A stretch of 40,000 bases of DNA from Terrabacter aerolatus. GTDB lineage: Bacteria > Actinomycetota > Actinomycetes > Actinomycetales > Dermatophilaceae. This document shows, piece by piece, positions 9,444-19,517 of the stretch. Within the stretch, counting starts at the first letter, position 1, and every line of letters begins with the position of its first letter. The translations under genes were made by a program, and so were the position numbers. The DNA lies in the NCBI RefSeq assembly GCF_007991735.1, contig NZ_BJYX01000024.1, positions 7,727-47,726 of the forward strand. Reading direction: 5' to 3'. The notes under the pieces are model-generated. The model saw only the letters and a list, made by a program, of their open reading frames with translations. It searched no databases and was not told the origin of the DNA.

Positions 9444-12400
9444 GCGATTTCCTCTGCTTCGGACCAAGCTTCGGTTGCTGGGGGCGAGATCGAGTCGGCC
9501 ATGGCCGTGAGGTTGGCGATCAGTTGTTCACGGGCCTCAGCGTATTCGCGTTGCACGTCAGAGGGACTGCCGTTGCCGAGGCTGTGCTCAAGCAGTCGGA
9601 CCGTTTGCCTTGCCATCTGGAGCCAGGCACCTACCCGCCGTGCGGGCTCATCCCAGTCGCCGTTGAGGACCTGCAGTTTCTCGTCGTGTGTGAGTTGATC
9701 CCAGCGACTCAGCTCGGCAAAGGCCGCCTCGACCTTGCGTTGGTCACCGGGCTTGACGGACTTGACTGCGGCCTGGAGTTCGGCAGGGTTGATTCCGCCT
9801 GGCAGCGCACCGGCGGCAGCGCGCTCGTTGACGAGGACGAGAAGTTCCCAGGCGACGTCGGCGAGCTCACCTCCGAGGTCGGAAAGATCGGGTACTAGGT
9901 TTGAAGCTTCCGCGTGCAAGGAGTCGATCGACGCGAGCCGCGCCTCGATCGTCGAGACCGAGGATCTGATCAGGTCGGGCGTCGAGGCCGGCCAGGGTGC
10001 GCCCGTGACCTCACTTCGGACGACCTTGGCTACCTTGCTGAGGTCCAAGGCAAGCGGCTTACCGGAGCCTTGGCTGAATGAAGCGTGCCGGAGCAGTCGC
10101 TGCTGGAGTTGGCCGCGGCCGACACGAGTGACGGCGCTGCCGCTACGAGCACCTTCCTCCAGGAAGCTGTGGAGGGCCCGGAGACCGGCCCGCGACTCGA
10201 GATCCGGGCGGTCTGGGACCGGGGCGAACATGGCCCGGATCCGACTAGTGGTGTCCGACTTGAAGGCGTCGGCGATTCCGAGCCCTCGCGCGATGCTGAG
10301 GAGCACTTCTACGAGCCGAGCTAACTCGGTGTCGTTGTCGGGGCGCTGCGGAGGGAGCAGATTGATGCCCACTCTGGATGCCCATCTATCGATGGCAGTC
10401 TCGGTGAGCCTCTGCAGTCGCTCTCCATCCGGCACGTCTGCCCAGTTGTTCTTATGATTTGCCCACGCGAGTGCGCGAAGGGCTCGCATGTCGTCGGGGT
10501 TGGATCGGTCCATCGGTAACACAGCGTCAGCGATTTTCGCTTGGCTGAACTCGACCATCTTCGCCTCGAACCCTGGCGCGAGGGCCTTGTCGTTGCCCCA
10601 CAAGCTCTCGCCGCCGTATCCGTCCTCGAACGGGAGGCGCTGTCGAACCGCCTGGAAGACGATGTTTCGCAGATCGTTGATCTCACCTTGCAGGATGTTG
10701 CCCGTTGCGAGCCAGCCATCGACAGCCTTGACGAGCGGCGGGTCCGGAGCGACTGGCTGCGGAGTCGAGGTGGAGGTAGCCGAAGGCTTGGTGGGCAGCG
10801 TCGGACGGGAGTCCGGAGTAGGTGGCCTTGCGTCGCCGAGATCGTCGATCGGTGTGACATCAAAGGCGTCATGGATCGTCGGAGCGAGATTCTCCGCGCC
10901 TGGCCCCGAGCCCCAAAAGCGTACGAGGCGGATGCGACGCTCGGAAAGCTCCTCGTCTCCGGGCGACCGCAGTTTGAACTGGTCTTCGATGTTCGTGAGG
11001 CGGTGGCTTGCGCCGCCCCGGAAGTCGTTGGCAAAGCCTTCGCTCGGGAATCGACCGTGGTTGATCTCAGCCTGGTCACGATGCAGGACCGGGCGGAGGA
11101 CACGCGTCAGCACGTTGCGAGCGACGAAGCTGCCGTCGGTGGAGTGACTCTTAATTGCACGATCGAGGGCGGCTTGGTTGAACGGGAAGAGGCCGTAACC
11201 GTCAACCTGGCCGAACGATGAGTGGCATGCCGCGTTGACAGGACACTGCTCGCACGCATTGGGCACCTCCTCTTCGCGTGCATGCGCTGCATCAAGCTCC
11301 GATGCCCCGACTCGAACAGCGTTGAGGTATCGGCTGGCGAACCCTGTCGGCTGGAAGGACGCGTTCATTCCATCGGGTAGGTCGAGGTCGAACACTCGGT
11401 ACGTCCGCGTGTAGACCGTCTCTGGCATCTGGTTGATGAAGTAACCGGTCGTGACGGCCATGACCACGCGCATTGGACAGAGTTTCTGCGCCTCGGTCGA
11501 GATGAGCGTGATGGCATCAATGAGGCCACCCTGAATCCCTTGGAAGATCGAGAAGTCCTCGATGAGCACAAGCAGTTCAAGGCCCTGTTTGTCCAACTCG
11601 ACGCGAACGTCGACGAGGATCTGTTTGAGGTCGTCACCGCCCACGCCGAAGACCTCGCTCACAGATGGACCGAGTTGCTCGTTGATCATCTTGGCGGCTA
11701 GTTCACGGAACGAGTGCTCACTCGTGAGTGCTCCAGCGACCTCGCGGGCCGCTTGGCCGGCCCGGTTGACGTCGTCCACAGAAAGATTCAGGTCGTCGGG
11801 GGTGAACCCGAAGGCGTCCTCTTTGTCCTCGTCGCCCTTCCCGGACAACTTTTCGCGCACCAGGCGGGCGATTGGCCCGTTCTGGTCGAGCAGTCGGCTC
11901 CGAAAGACGTCGTCGCCAAAGAGGGCAGGAAGGCCACCGGCAGAGGCGAGATAAGATCGGAGTTCGATCTCCTCGGGGGAGCCGTCGGTGCGGTTGCCGC
12001 GCGTCTCGATGTTCACCGCAAGGGCGTTGCGCAGTTTCAGTTGCGCAGTCTTTTCGTCCGCGGCGGCATCGACCGCGGTCGCTACCTTCGACCGGAGTTC
12101 GTCGGCTCGTTCGCCGCTCGCGTGCTCAAGAATCAGTTCGAGGATCCCGCGCAAGGACATGCGGTGCTTGGGCACGAAGATTAGGCGGGTCGATTCCTTG
12201 GTTTCCAAATGAGCCCGTAGCCACCGAACGAGGTGGGACTTGCCCGTACCGGACTTACCCAGGATCGGAATGATCGGCTGGTCCGCAGGCTGGTCCTGGA
12301 CAGCGCGAAGCAGGGCTTGCTCGTCAACAACGGCGCCGCCGCGGGCGCTGTCTACTTGATCGCGCTGCGTGATGGGGATCGTGCTGTGTGTGGCAAGAAA

Positions 12401-12496
12401 GACGCCGTCCGACGTGCTTTCCGCCTCGACAGGGATGATGGCTGAAGCCTCGTGTGCGTCCCAGCAAGCCGCTGGGAGGTTGCCGCGCCAACTCAC
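9440..12496 (-). CDS. large P-loop NTPase (DpdH position)
   Basis: Walker A ILGKSGTGKSHLV and Walker-B-like LLVLIEDFS. The track ORF (to 12904) has an Arg/Pro-rich N-terminal extension that overlaps the upstream gene. The real start is most likely the GTG at 12496. It is preceded by GGAGGA 5 nt upstream and overlaps the upstream TGA (GTGA at 12493-12496). Confidence 0.75.
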   Translation of the reverse strand: MSWRGNLPAACWDAHEASAIIPVEAESTSDGVFLATHSTIPITQRDQVDSARGGAVVDEQALLRAVQDQPADQPIIPILGKSGTGKSHLVRWLRAHLETKESTRLIFVPKHRMSLRGILELILEHASGERADELRSKVATAVDAAADEKTAQLKLRNALAVNIETRGNRTDGSPEEIELRSYLASAGGLPALFGDDVFRSRLLDQNGPIARLVREKLSGKGDEDKEDAFGFTPDDLNLSVDDVNRAGQAAREVAGALTSEHSFRELAAKMINEQLGPSVSEVFGVGGDDLKQILVDVRVELDKQGLELLVLIEDFSIFQGIQGGLIDAITLISTEAQKLCPMRVVMAVTTGYFINQMPETVYTRTYRVFDLDLPDGMNASFQPTGFASRYLNAVRVGASELDAAHAREEEVPNACEQCPVNAACHSSFGQVDGYGLFPFNQAALDRAIKSHSTDGSFVARNVLTRVLRPVLHRDQAEINHGRFPSEGFANDFRGGASHRLTNIEDQFKLRSPGDEELSERRIRLVRFWGSGPGAENLAPTIHDAFDVTPIDDLGDARPPTPDSRPTLPTKPSATSTSTPQPVAPDPPLVKAVDGWLATGNILQGEINDLRNIVFQAVRQRLPFEDGYGGESLWGNDKALAPGFEAKMVEFSQAKIADAVLPMDRSNPDDMRALRALAWANHKNNWADVPDGERLQRLTETAIDRWASRVGINLLPPQRPDNDTELARLVEVLLSIARGLGIADAFKSDTTSRIRAMFAPVPDRPDLESRAGLRALHSFLEEGARSGSAVTRVGRGQLQQRLLRHASFSQGSGKPLALDLSKVAKVVRSEVTGAPWPASTPDLIRSSVSTIEARLASIDSLHAEASNLVPDLSDLGGELADVAWELLVLVNERAAAGALPGGINPAELQAAVKSVKPGDQRKVEAAFAELSRWDQLTHDEKLQVLNGDWDEPARRVGAWLQMARQTVRLLEHSLGNGSPSDVQREYAEAREQLIANLTAMADSISPPATEAWSEAEEIA

Positions 12497-13416
12497 TTCT
12501 TTCCTCCATGGTTCACGATGGCGTGCGTTTGGCGCGCGGCGTCGAAACGGGACAGGCGGATGCCTTGTGCGTCTGGGAGCGTCTCGAATCGGATCCGTCC
12601 GCGTTCCTCGAGGATGCGCAGTGCCTGTCCGACTGAACTGTCCGCGCACTCGGCGACGATGCCTGGGTCGGGATCGGCTCCAAGGAGAGCCACGAGTCCG
12701 AACCGCATTGACCCACCATGAAGGACGGGGAGCGCTTGTCCGATGCGTGCCAACAGGTCGTGGATCGAGAGACGTTCGGCGGGCATCGCTCGTAGGGCGT
12801 CCTCCACCGCGGGCACCGGCAGTGGAACCACGCCGGTCCGGTCCTTCATGACTGACGGGGTCGCCAAACCGAGCGCGACAATCCAACGCGACGCAGCCAC
12901 CCAACGCGTGTCATTGACGATGGCCCACGATTCACGATCGGTTGTGCCGAACTGTTCAGACTGGAGTGTTTGTAGATTCTCGGTCCACGACAGCGGCTGC
13001 CCCAACGCGTCCTGTGCCAACACCCAGGTCAGGGCTCGGTTGAGGTCACGAGCGCCGCTCGTGTGTCCATCGCCCAGCTGCGTTGCCCAGACATCGCCAT
13101 CCCGGCCGAGGTCGAACACGCGGGCTTGAAGGAGTCGTCGAAACTCCGGAGGGTCGAACGGTGCCTTCGGCGTCGGAACCTGAGCGCCTAGTTGAAGAGT
13201 TCCGTCGGGATTCGTCTCGAGCACGTTGATGGCGCGCAGAGAGGAGATCGTGTTCTTCAGTCCGCCGGCGGCCTCGCTGCCGGGGTTCAGCCCCTCCGGC
13301 TTGAAGGCGGCAACGAGATCGTCCTCGGTTGACGAACGTCGTGCGTCGAGAAGGTAGTTCACGATGGCGCGGCCGAGGCCTGGCAATGTGCGTGGCGGGT
13401 TGAGTACTGCCATCAC
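12493..13416 (-). CDS. hypothetical protein (DpdG position)
   Basis: 307-aa ORF. Its GTG start overlaps the upstream helicase stop (GTGA at 13413-13416). No motif recognised; assignment by synteny only. Confidence 0.6.
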   Translation of the reverse strand: MMAVLNPPRTLPGLGRAIVNYLLDARRSSTEDDLVAAFKPEGLNPGSEAAGGLKNTISSLRAINVLETNPDGTLQLGAQVPTPKAPFDPPEFRRLLQARVFDLGRDGDVWATQLGDGHTSGARDLNRALTWVLAQDALGQPLSWTENLQTLQSEQFGTTDRESWAIVNDTRWVAASRWIVALGLATPSVMKDRTGVVPLPVPAVEDALRAMPAERLSIHDLLARIGQALPVLHGGSMRFGLVALLGADPDPGIVAECADSSVGQALRILEERGRIRFETLPDAQGIRLSRFDAARQTHAIVNHGGKK

Positions 13417-16010
13417 AGGCTCCTAAGGAAGTACGACAGCGTCCAATGCGGGAAGCGAATGGCCTTCACGGGTTGGCCCGGATACTGAGGGTCCGGCGTG
13501 TCCTCCGGGAGTACGACGATCCGAAGGGAACCCGCCTCCCCAGCAAGCCAACTCAACTGAGGTGGATCGGTCCGGTCCAATAGGACCAGCGTGGGGATCG
13601 GGAAGGTTCGGGGCGGACCCGCGATGATCGGATCGATGGCGACCAGTCCCTCGGGTGCAGAGCGACCTGCCCCCACCACTGCGGGCAAGCCGGTCAGACT
13701 TGCAGATGCCAAGATTCCTCGGACCCCGTGTGTCACTGCCTTTGTGACGAGTTCGGCAAGGTGGATCCGAAGATCTCCCTCGGGATAGGTCACCACCAGT
13801 GACCGGCCGCTGGAGGCCATCGACGCAAGGGTGGGACTTACTCCGCGGTGCAACAGGGGGAGCGGTGCTTCTTGCACCACTGGTCGTGCAGCCCGCAAAG
13901 ACGGCTCATGGACATGCGCGGCAGCGGGACATCCCGAACACGCGGGTGCGACCACCTGGTGAGCGCGCATCGCGCCCACCTCGTCGTACGCATATTCCTC
14001 GCTCAGGATTGAACCCCAGCATTCATCGAGCCTGAACATGCGCTCGATGCGGTCGCGCGAGCCGGCTTCTGAATAACGGATCTCACGTCGGACCTTGTCG
14101 ATCGCACGCAGGACGGTGGCCTCATCGACATTCGCAATGCCCGAGCGGATGCGCACGGTCGCACGCGTCACGTACGCGGACCAGGCTGTATCGACTCGCT
14201 TCTGCCAATCGGCTTCAGATTCGTCCTCGGCGCGCTCCAGGGTCGGCGGGGGAGTGTCGACAATGTCGAGCACCCCGGCCCGTTGTAGCAGGACCAGAGT
14301 GTTGCGGTTCCACAGTTGGTTGCTGTCGGAGGCGTGGGAGAGCCAGGGAGGGACGGTGCTGGTGTCCACGACGAGTTCGCGGCGCGTTGGGTCCGCCGAG
14401 ATGCGCGCCGTACGCATCGCGTCCCATCGACCCCAACTCTTCTTATCGCCAAGAACGGTGGCATTCTCGATGCTGCGACCTTCCTGGGCATCGGCGGTGC
14501 TCGGCATCCAGACCGATACGGCTGCGTGACCGTCGCGGCCACCGCGGCCAACCTCTTGATAGAAGCGGTCGACTGAGGCCGGCACACAGGCGTGGATGAC
14601 AGAACGAACGTCACTCTGGTCCACACCAAGCCCGAACGCACTGGTCCCCACGACCACGTCGACGGACGTTGGGCCAGCATCGCCAGACCACGCCCTCAGG
14701 ATTTCGAGCCTGTCGTCCGCGTGCACATCGCCATGGAAGACCGCCGTGCGGCCAAATCCCGCCTCTCGGAGTCGAACTGCAAGCGTGTCGGCCGACTCCT
14801 TCTTGCTGGTGTAAACGATCGCCGGCCGCGGAAGGTGGTGGAGTGCTTCGACAACCCGATCGAGGCGCGCCTCGTTAGGGACGGGCGGCGCAAATAGGTA
14901 ACGGAGTTCCGTGCGCAGGTACGTGGAACCTACGAACAGCGAAGTGTCGGCTCCGGCGAACAGTTCGTCGTTCAGCAAGAGGCCCTGTCGGGAGAGTGTC
15001 GCAGTCAGCAGTTCTACGTGGGGCGGTGCTACCCCTTGAGCCCGGGCGACCTCTCTCAGTTCGGCGATCAGGGAGGCGACTACTTGAAACTCGGGTCGAA
15101 AGCTCAGGCCCCAGGTGCGTACGAGGTGCGCCTCATCGATCACAACGTGGCTCAGTTCGCCCCGGGCAGCTAGGCGCCGCAGAGTCTGCGCCAGACCGGT
15201 GACCAGAGCCTCGGGCGAGGTGTAGAGAACCCTTTGCGTCCCTTCGCGCAGGCGCTCCTTGATCGCTTCCCTTTCGGTCGCGGCACGATCGCCGTAGTAG
15301 GCCAATTCCTGAGGAAGGCCCTGGTTTGGAAACCGCTGATGAAGTTGGCGCTCCTGGTCAAGCGCCAGCGCAATGGTCGGCACCACGACGACTGTCACGC
15401 TGGTACGAGCGAGTAGTCCAGGGGCGATGCCGACCAAGGACTTACCTGTTCCGGTGGGTAGGACCACGTGGAGTGTGCTGCCTGCAGGTGCAAGCGCAGC
15501 AGCCCGGACGGCGCTCGCTTGGCTTCGCGAACGGTAGGTGTCAATCCCAGCAATCGCAGCCACGGACGGGTCTACCGGCACTGCCATGTCGTGCCGGGCA
15601 AAGGTGGATACGACGCCCTCCGGACCTTCGAAATTGTCGGGGCTTGTGCAGGCCATATCGATCCAACGCCCGTCGCCGCGGAGCCAGTCGGGCGCCCAGT
15701 CTGGGCCAAGGGTGACGCGGTGCTCGTGCAGCCCGAACGTGGCGACGTCGAGGTTTGCCCGGCGAAGCGTCTCGAGCGGAAGGCCGCGGTCGTAGAGGCG
15801 AAGGGTCAGGTAGCTGTTGGAATGCCCTGTAGTCCCTCGGCGATGACGCAGTACCTGGCCTAGAAGCGCGGCAACGTCACCCGCGATCTCGGGCCCCGGA
15901 ACATCTGAGAACCATGCATCTACCAGTCGGCGGTGGGGCCCGATGAGAAGATCGCGGTTGTTTGTGGCTCCAGCCAACTTGGCTGCCCCCAGGTTCCACT
16001 GATCCGTCAT
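13413..16010 (-). CDS. dpdF: RecQ-like DEAD/DEAH superfamily-2 helicase (DpdF-like)
   Basis: 865 aa. Walker A LPTGTGKSLVG, motif II VVIDEAHLV, TAT (LLTATLS), motifs V/VI VVGTSAFGLGVDQ...YQEVGRGGRDG. Starts 1 nt after the SNF2 gene stop. Confidence 0.85.
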   Translation of the reverse strand: MTDQWNLGAAKLAGATNNRDLLIGPHRRLVDAWFSDVPGPEIAGDVAALLGQVLRHRRGTTGHSNSYLTLRLYDRGLPLETLRRANLDVATFGLHEHRVTLGPDWAPDWLRGDGRWIDMACTSPDNFEGPEGVVSTFARHDMAVPVDPSVAAIAGIDTYRSRSQASAVRAAALAPAGSTLHVVLPTGTGKSLVGIAPGLLARTSVTVVVVPTIALALDQERQLHQRFPNQGLPQELAYYGDRAATEREAIKERLREGTQRVLYTSPEALVTGLAQTLRRLAARGELSHVVIDEAHLVRTWGLSFRPEFQVVASLIAELREVARAQGVAPPHVELLTATLSRQGLLLNDELFAGADTSLFVGSTYLRTELRYLFAPPVPNEARLDRVVEALHHLPRPAIVYTSKKESADTLAVRLREAGFGRTAVFHGDVHADDRLEILRAWSGDAGPTSVDVVVGTSAFGLGVDQSDVRSVIHACVPASVDRFYQEVGRGGRDGHAAVSVWMPSTADAQEGRSIENATVLGDKKSWGRWDAMRTARISADPTRRELVVDTSTVPPWLSHASDSNQLWNRNTLVLLQRAGVLDIVDTPPPTLERAEDESEADWQKRVDTAWSAYVTRATVRIRSGIANVDEATVLRAIDKVRREIRYSEAGSRDRIERMFRLDECWGSILSEEYAYDEVGAMRAHQVVAPACSGCPAAAHVHEPSLRAARPVVQEAPLPLLHRGVSPTLASMASSGRSLVVTYPEGDLRIHLAELVTKAVTHGVRGILASASLTGLPAVVGAGRSAPEGLVAIDPIIAGPPRTFPIPTLVLLDRTDPPQLSWLAGEAGSLRIVVLPEDTPDPQYPGQPVKAIRFPHWTLSYFLRSL

Positions 16011-16011
16011 G

Positions 16012-19000
16012 TCAGTTCGTCAGTGCTCGGCCGGAGAGAACCACAAGCCCAGTGCTGTCAAGCCGAAGTGAGGGCGCGGTCACGGCGGCGGACATGGCGC
16101 GGGCAATGACTTCCTCGCGATGGAGTTCCTCATGCAAACGCACGAGTTCGGATCCTGTAGTGCGCATGGCTCGCAGTCGCAACTGGGAGAGCCTTGTTGC
16201 CGCGTCGCGATCGGCGATGGCAGAAGCTCGCTCGACCGCCGAACGAACGTCCTCGCGACTGCGGACGAGATGCTGAGCCGCTCTTTCCGCGGATCGCCAA
16301 GACTCGCCCCAGTGTTGTGCGGGAATGAGGTCGTAGGCGTGCTGGATCCTCATACGGTTTAGCGAGTAGTCGCCGCCGGCACGAGTGGTGCCCGGTTTCG
16401 CGTATGGGGCGTCGAGGGCGTCGAGATGCGTCCGCGCGGTCAACTCCTGCGCGCTGGCTGTCATCCAGACGCTGACGATGATGGGAGGAAAGATTCCATC
16501 GGCCCGCCGCGTAAAGGCGAGCTGGTCGATGCCCGCACTGACTGTCACGAGTTCACCACGCGGGTCCCTTGAGGAGGGAACATCAAGGGGGTTCGCCTCG
16601 ACGGCGTAGTCGAATCGGTAGAGCGGAGTGTCCTCACGGGGCCATTCGGGCATCGAACGCCACATGCCGAAGGCTCGGCCACGATCGTCGTGCCACAGGA
16701 AGTCGCTGACGGCGTCGATGAACGGGTCTCCGTAGCGGTAGAGGTGGACGTCCTCGCTCGAGAGGGCAAACTCCCGAACGAAGGTTCCGACGTGGTCCTT
16801 CAACGGAAGGAAGTCGCGAACGAGGCGCGATGCCGGGATCAGCGGAATCTGCGCTTGCTTCCCCGGCAGACGGCCGAGCGACTCGTATCCGCCCAAGCCA
16901 GTGGCAGGGTGGCCTCTCCGCTCGAATCTAAGGTTGCCCGCCGCGCCATTCGCTGCGAGAAGGTTGTTGCTCACGTTGGCGAATGTTGACGCATCGGATT
17001 CCACGTCAGCGATCCGCGCATACACGGAGCGCTCGTCGACGCTCGTCTCCAGGCTGTCGAGCGCGTCCTGTTCGCGGACGCGCTCGATCTCCGCGTCCAG
17101 CATCTCTCGAACCCGCGCCACCGCGGAGGGAACACCGTCGAGTCCCATTTGAAGGAGGATGTGCCACGCCTCGTCCGTTGCGTTGTCGACGGCTTGCTGA
17201 AGGCTGGCGACCGAGTTGTCGAAGATCCCGAAACCGTCCTTGAGGATGCGCTCCCAGGCGCCGGAGTAGGCGTCATCCGCGTGTCCCGAAACGACATATG
17301 ACCGCCACCCCCCGGACCCTTCGGGCGACCACCGGTCACAACGGCCGATGCGCTGCTCGAGACGGTTTGCTGATCCCGGAAGTCCCAGATGCACCAGAAC
17401 ATTCGCGAACTGGAGGTTGCGACCCTCTTCGGCCGATGAATCTGCGACCATGACTGCGGCATTATGGATCGCCTCGAACGAGCGCACCGAGCGGTCGTTC
17501 TCCTGGCTACTTTGGGTCGTCACATGGCAGAAGACAGACGTGGCGCCGAAGAGATCCTTGAGCTCCTCAGCCAGTTCGGTTGCCATTTCAGTTGTGGGGC
17601 AGAAGACGACAGCACGCTCGTTGGACGTCATGACCTCGCTGAGCGCGTCAGCGAACGGGCGGCTGACGGTTGCCCGTCGGTCCGCGTAGGCCACGTCCTG
17701 CACGATGCGCTTTAGCGCCGCGATTTCGTCAGCGGCTAGCGGCGCGGCGGCCCGCTCCAGTGCCCACTTCTGCAGGGCACTCGGGTCAAGGCTCACTGCT
17801 GCGGCCTCGGCGAATGCGCGCCCGGCCAGGGTCATCGCCGCCGGGTTGCCCTCTGCCGACGCAAGAGCCTGTTCCCGCCATCGGTCGAGAGCCTCTGCAA
17901 CGTCGTCGCGCAGGGTCGACTCCAGGGGAAGTGGCTCAGGCGCGCGACGACCAGAGACCCGATAGGTGCCCTCCAACGCCGTGGTACGCCGGGTCCGGAG
18001 CATTCGTCGGTGTACGCGGTACACCTCGGCAATGTGCGTGCGCAGCGCCTGGATCAGGGATGCCGTCTCGTCCCTGTCTTGAGTGGCCACCGACTCGCGG
18101 GCGCGCGCTACCAGATCGCGGACCTCGGCGTCGTCGGGGAACGAGGCTTCGATCTCCGTCAGGCGCCCCTTCAGAAGGACCCCTGGGAGGCTGGGTTGCA
18201 GCCCGAGAAAGACCCGGCCCAAGCCCGCACGAGCCTCCAAGCGCGATCGAAGTTGCTCCGCATTGGTGTCGGCATAAACCGCCGGGTCTAGCAGTTTGAG
18301 CATCGCGAGGAAGGCGTCCTCGTTATGCAGCGCTGGTGTCGCGGAGAGCATCAGTAGGCGCGGACTTGCAAGTGCGATCTCACGAAGCCGCTGGAAGCGG
18401 AGGGCGAGGTCGGGATTCGTGCTGACTGACATTCGTGCAAGGTTGTGTGCCTCGTCGACTAACACGAGGTCGGCCGCGTCCCACGCCGACGGCTCGTCAT
18501 CACGACTGAAGCGAATATGCGACTGGGTGAAGTCTTGCACGCGGAATTTCTGGGTCAACTCTCGCTTCCACTGGTCGAGTAGGAACGGAGGCAAGATGAA
18601 CTGGATCCGAAGACTGGGGTTATCCAGCAGCATTTGGCGGATGATGATTCCCGCCTCGATGGTTTTGCCTAGGCCGACCTCATCGGCGAGAAGATAGCGC
18701 TGGACAGGATCCTGTAGAACGCGCCAAGCGGTCTCGACCTGGTGGGCATGGAGTTCGATGCAGCTCGACAGCACAGCGCGCATGCCATGAGCGGCCGAGC
18801 GCTGCTGAAGGATGCTGCGGAGGAACGGCAAGCGCAGTTCAGCGAGCATGGGCGACTCGAGCATGCCGGCCTCGCCAAAACCCACCGGGTCCGTCAGTGG
18901 CTTATTCCATCGCACGTAGAGGCGTTCTTCCGGGATGAAGCCTTCCCACTCGTGGCCCCGCACATGGATGTCGTTGTACGCCGTGATCTCGATGACGCGT

Positions 19001-19443
19001 CCGGAGCGCCAAATGCCGGTTGGGTCCTGCCAGAAGGCACGTTGCTCGGGAGGGAGGGTCACTCGCCGGAGGCTTTCGCGTGACACAGCCTCCCGATAGC
19101 GGTCCGAAGGCGCCTGGCCTGGCGTGTCGAAGTACTCAAGGACCAGAGCATCACCTTCCCGCGCAACGAGTTTCCCGGGCCCGAGGACGTTGTCGGAAGA
19201 AGTGAGCAGGTCACCTCCCGATAGCGACTTGCCCCGGCCCCCCTGCCTGGACGTGGAGGAGGCCTTGCTGACCCTTCTCGCTGGTGTGTGGTTCTCGACC
19301 GCTTCGCCATTCGCGTCTCGCGACCCTCGGCATCGTGGGAACTGCGAGCAACCCCAGAACGCCTTGCCGACGTTGGCGCCCTTCGATGCAAACTGCATGA
19401 CCATTGCCGCTTCGCAACGCGGACAACGAACGTGGTCAACCAC
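16012..19443 (-). CDS. dpdE: SNF2-family helicase with N-terminal topoisomerase-type C4 zinc ribbon (DpdE-like)
   Basis: 1143 aa. N-terminal CPRC...GCSQFPRC zinc ribbon. SNF2 motifs LLADEVGLGKTIEAG, LVLVDEAHNL, LMLSATP, and C-terminal RLEQRIGRCDR. GTG start at 19443, with GGAGGG 6 nt upstream. Confidence 0.85.
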   Translation of the reverse strand: MVDHVRCPRCEAAMVMQFASKGANVGKAFWGCSQFPRCRGSRDANGEAVENHTPARRVSKASSTSRQGGRGKSLSGGDLLTSSDNVLGPGKLVAREGDALVLEYFDTPGQAPSDRYREAVSRESLRRVTLPPEQRAFWQDPTGIWRSGRVIEITAYNDIHVRGHEWEGFIPEERLYVRWNKPLTDPVGFGEAGMLESPMLAELRLPFLRSILQQRSAAHGMRAVLSSCIELHAHQVETAWRVLQDPVQRYLLADEVGLGKTIEAGIIIRQMLLDNPSLRIQFILPPFLLDQWKRELTQKFRVQDFTQSHIRFSRDDEPSAWDAADLVLVDEAHNLARMSVSTNPDLALRFQRLREIALASPRLLMLSATPALHNEDAFLAMLKLLDPAVYADTNAEQLRSRLEARAGLGRVFLGLQPSLPGVLLKGRLTEIEASFPDDAEVRDLVARARESVATQDRDETASLIQALRTHIAEVYRVHRRMLRTRRTTALEGTYRVSGRRAPEPLPLESTLRDDVAEALDRWREQALASAEGNPAAMTLAGRAFAEAAAVSLDPSALQKWALERAAAPLAADEIAALKRIVQDVAYADRRATVSRPFADALSEVMTSNERAVVFCPTTEMATELAEELKDLFGATSVFCHVTTQSSQENDRSVRSFEAIHNAAVMVADSSAEEGRNLQFANVLVHLGLPGSANRLEQRIGRCDRWSPEGSGGWRSYVVSGHADDAYSGAWERILKDGFGIFDNSVASLQQAVDNATDEAWHILLQMGLDGVPSAVARVREMLDAEIERVREQDALDSLETSVDERSVYARIADVESDASTFANVSNNLLAANGAAGNLRFERRGHPATGLGGYESLGRLPGKQAQIPLIPASRLVRDFLPLKDHVGTFVREFALSSEDVHLYRYGDPFIDAVSDFLWHDDRGRAFGMWRSMPEWPREDTPLYRFDYAVEANPLDVPSSRDPRGELVTVSAGIDQLAFTRRADGIFPPIIVSVWMTASAQELTARTHLDALDAPYAKPGTTRAGGDYSLNRMRIQHAYDLIPAQHWGESWRSAERAAQHLVRSREDVRSAVERASAIADRDAATRLSQLRLRAMRTTGSELVRLHEELHREEVIARAMSAAVTAPSLRLDSTGLVVLSGRALTN

Positions 19444-19448
19444 TCAGA

Positions 19449-19480
19449 ACCCTCCGTACGACCGGCGACTCCGGGAGGGT
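19449..19480 (-). promoter_or_regulatory. candidate RNA hairpin sequestering the Shine-Dalgarno of the SNF2 (dpdE-like) gene
   Basis: On the minus-strand mRNA, ACCCUCC (19480-19474) can pair with GGAGGGU (19455-19449). That is a 7-bp stem with an 18-nt loop. The 3' arm is the GGAGGG ribosome-binding site 6 nt upstream of the GTG at 19443. Confidence 0.35.
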
Positions 19481-19517
19481 AACTCGGAAACCGGGTCCGT
19501 GGGGGCAAACGGCCGGT

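Noticed and set aside
12497-12904. N-terminal 136-codon extension of the P-loop NTPase ORF (track call 9440..12904)
   Set aside because: The extension overlaps the upstream 307-aa gene in another frame and is Arg/Pro-rich. An in-frame GTG with a GGAGGA RBS and a GTGA stop/start overlap at 12496 gives a coherent start.
3719-19443. Calling the helicase/PLD block a DISARM system
   Set aside because: SNF2, DExH helicase and PLD are shared. However, no DUF1998 protein or DNA methyltransferase is present, and the block is fused to a TGT/DGQHR/preQ0 module. The Dpd assignment explains all the genes better.
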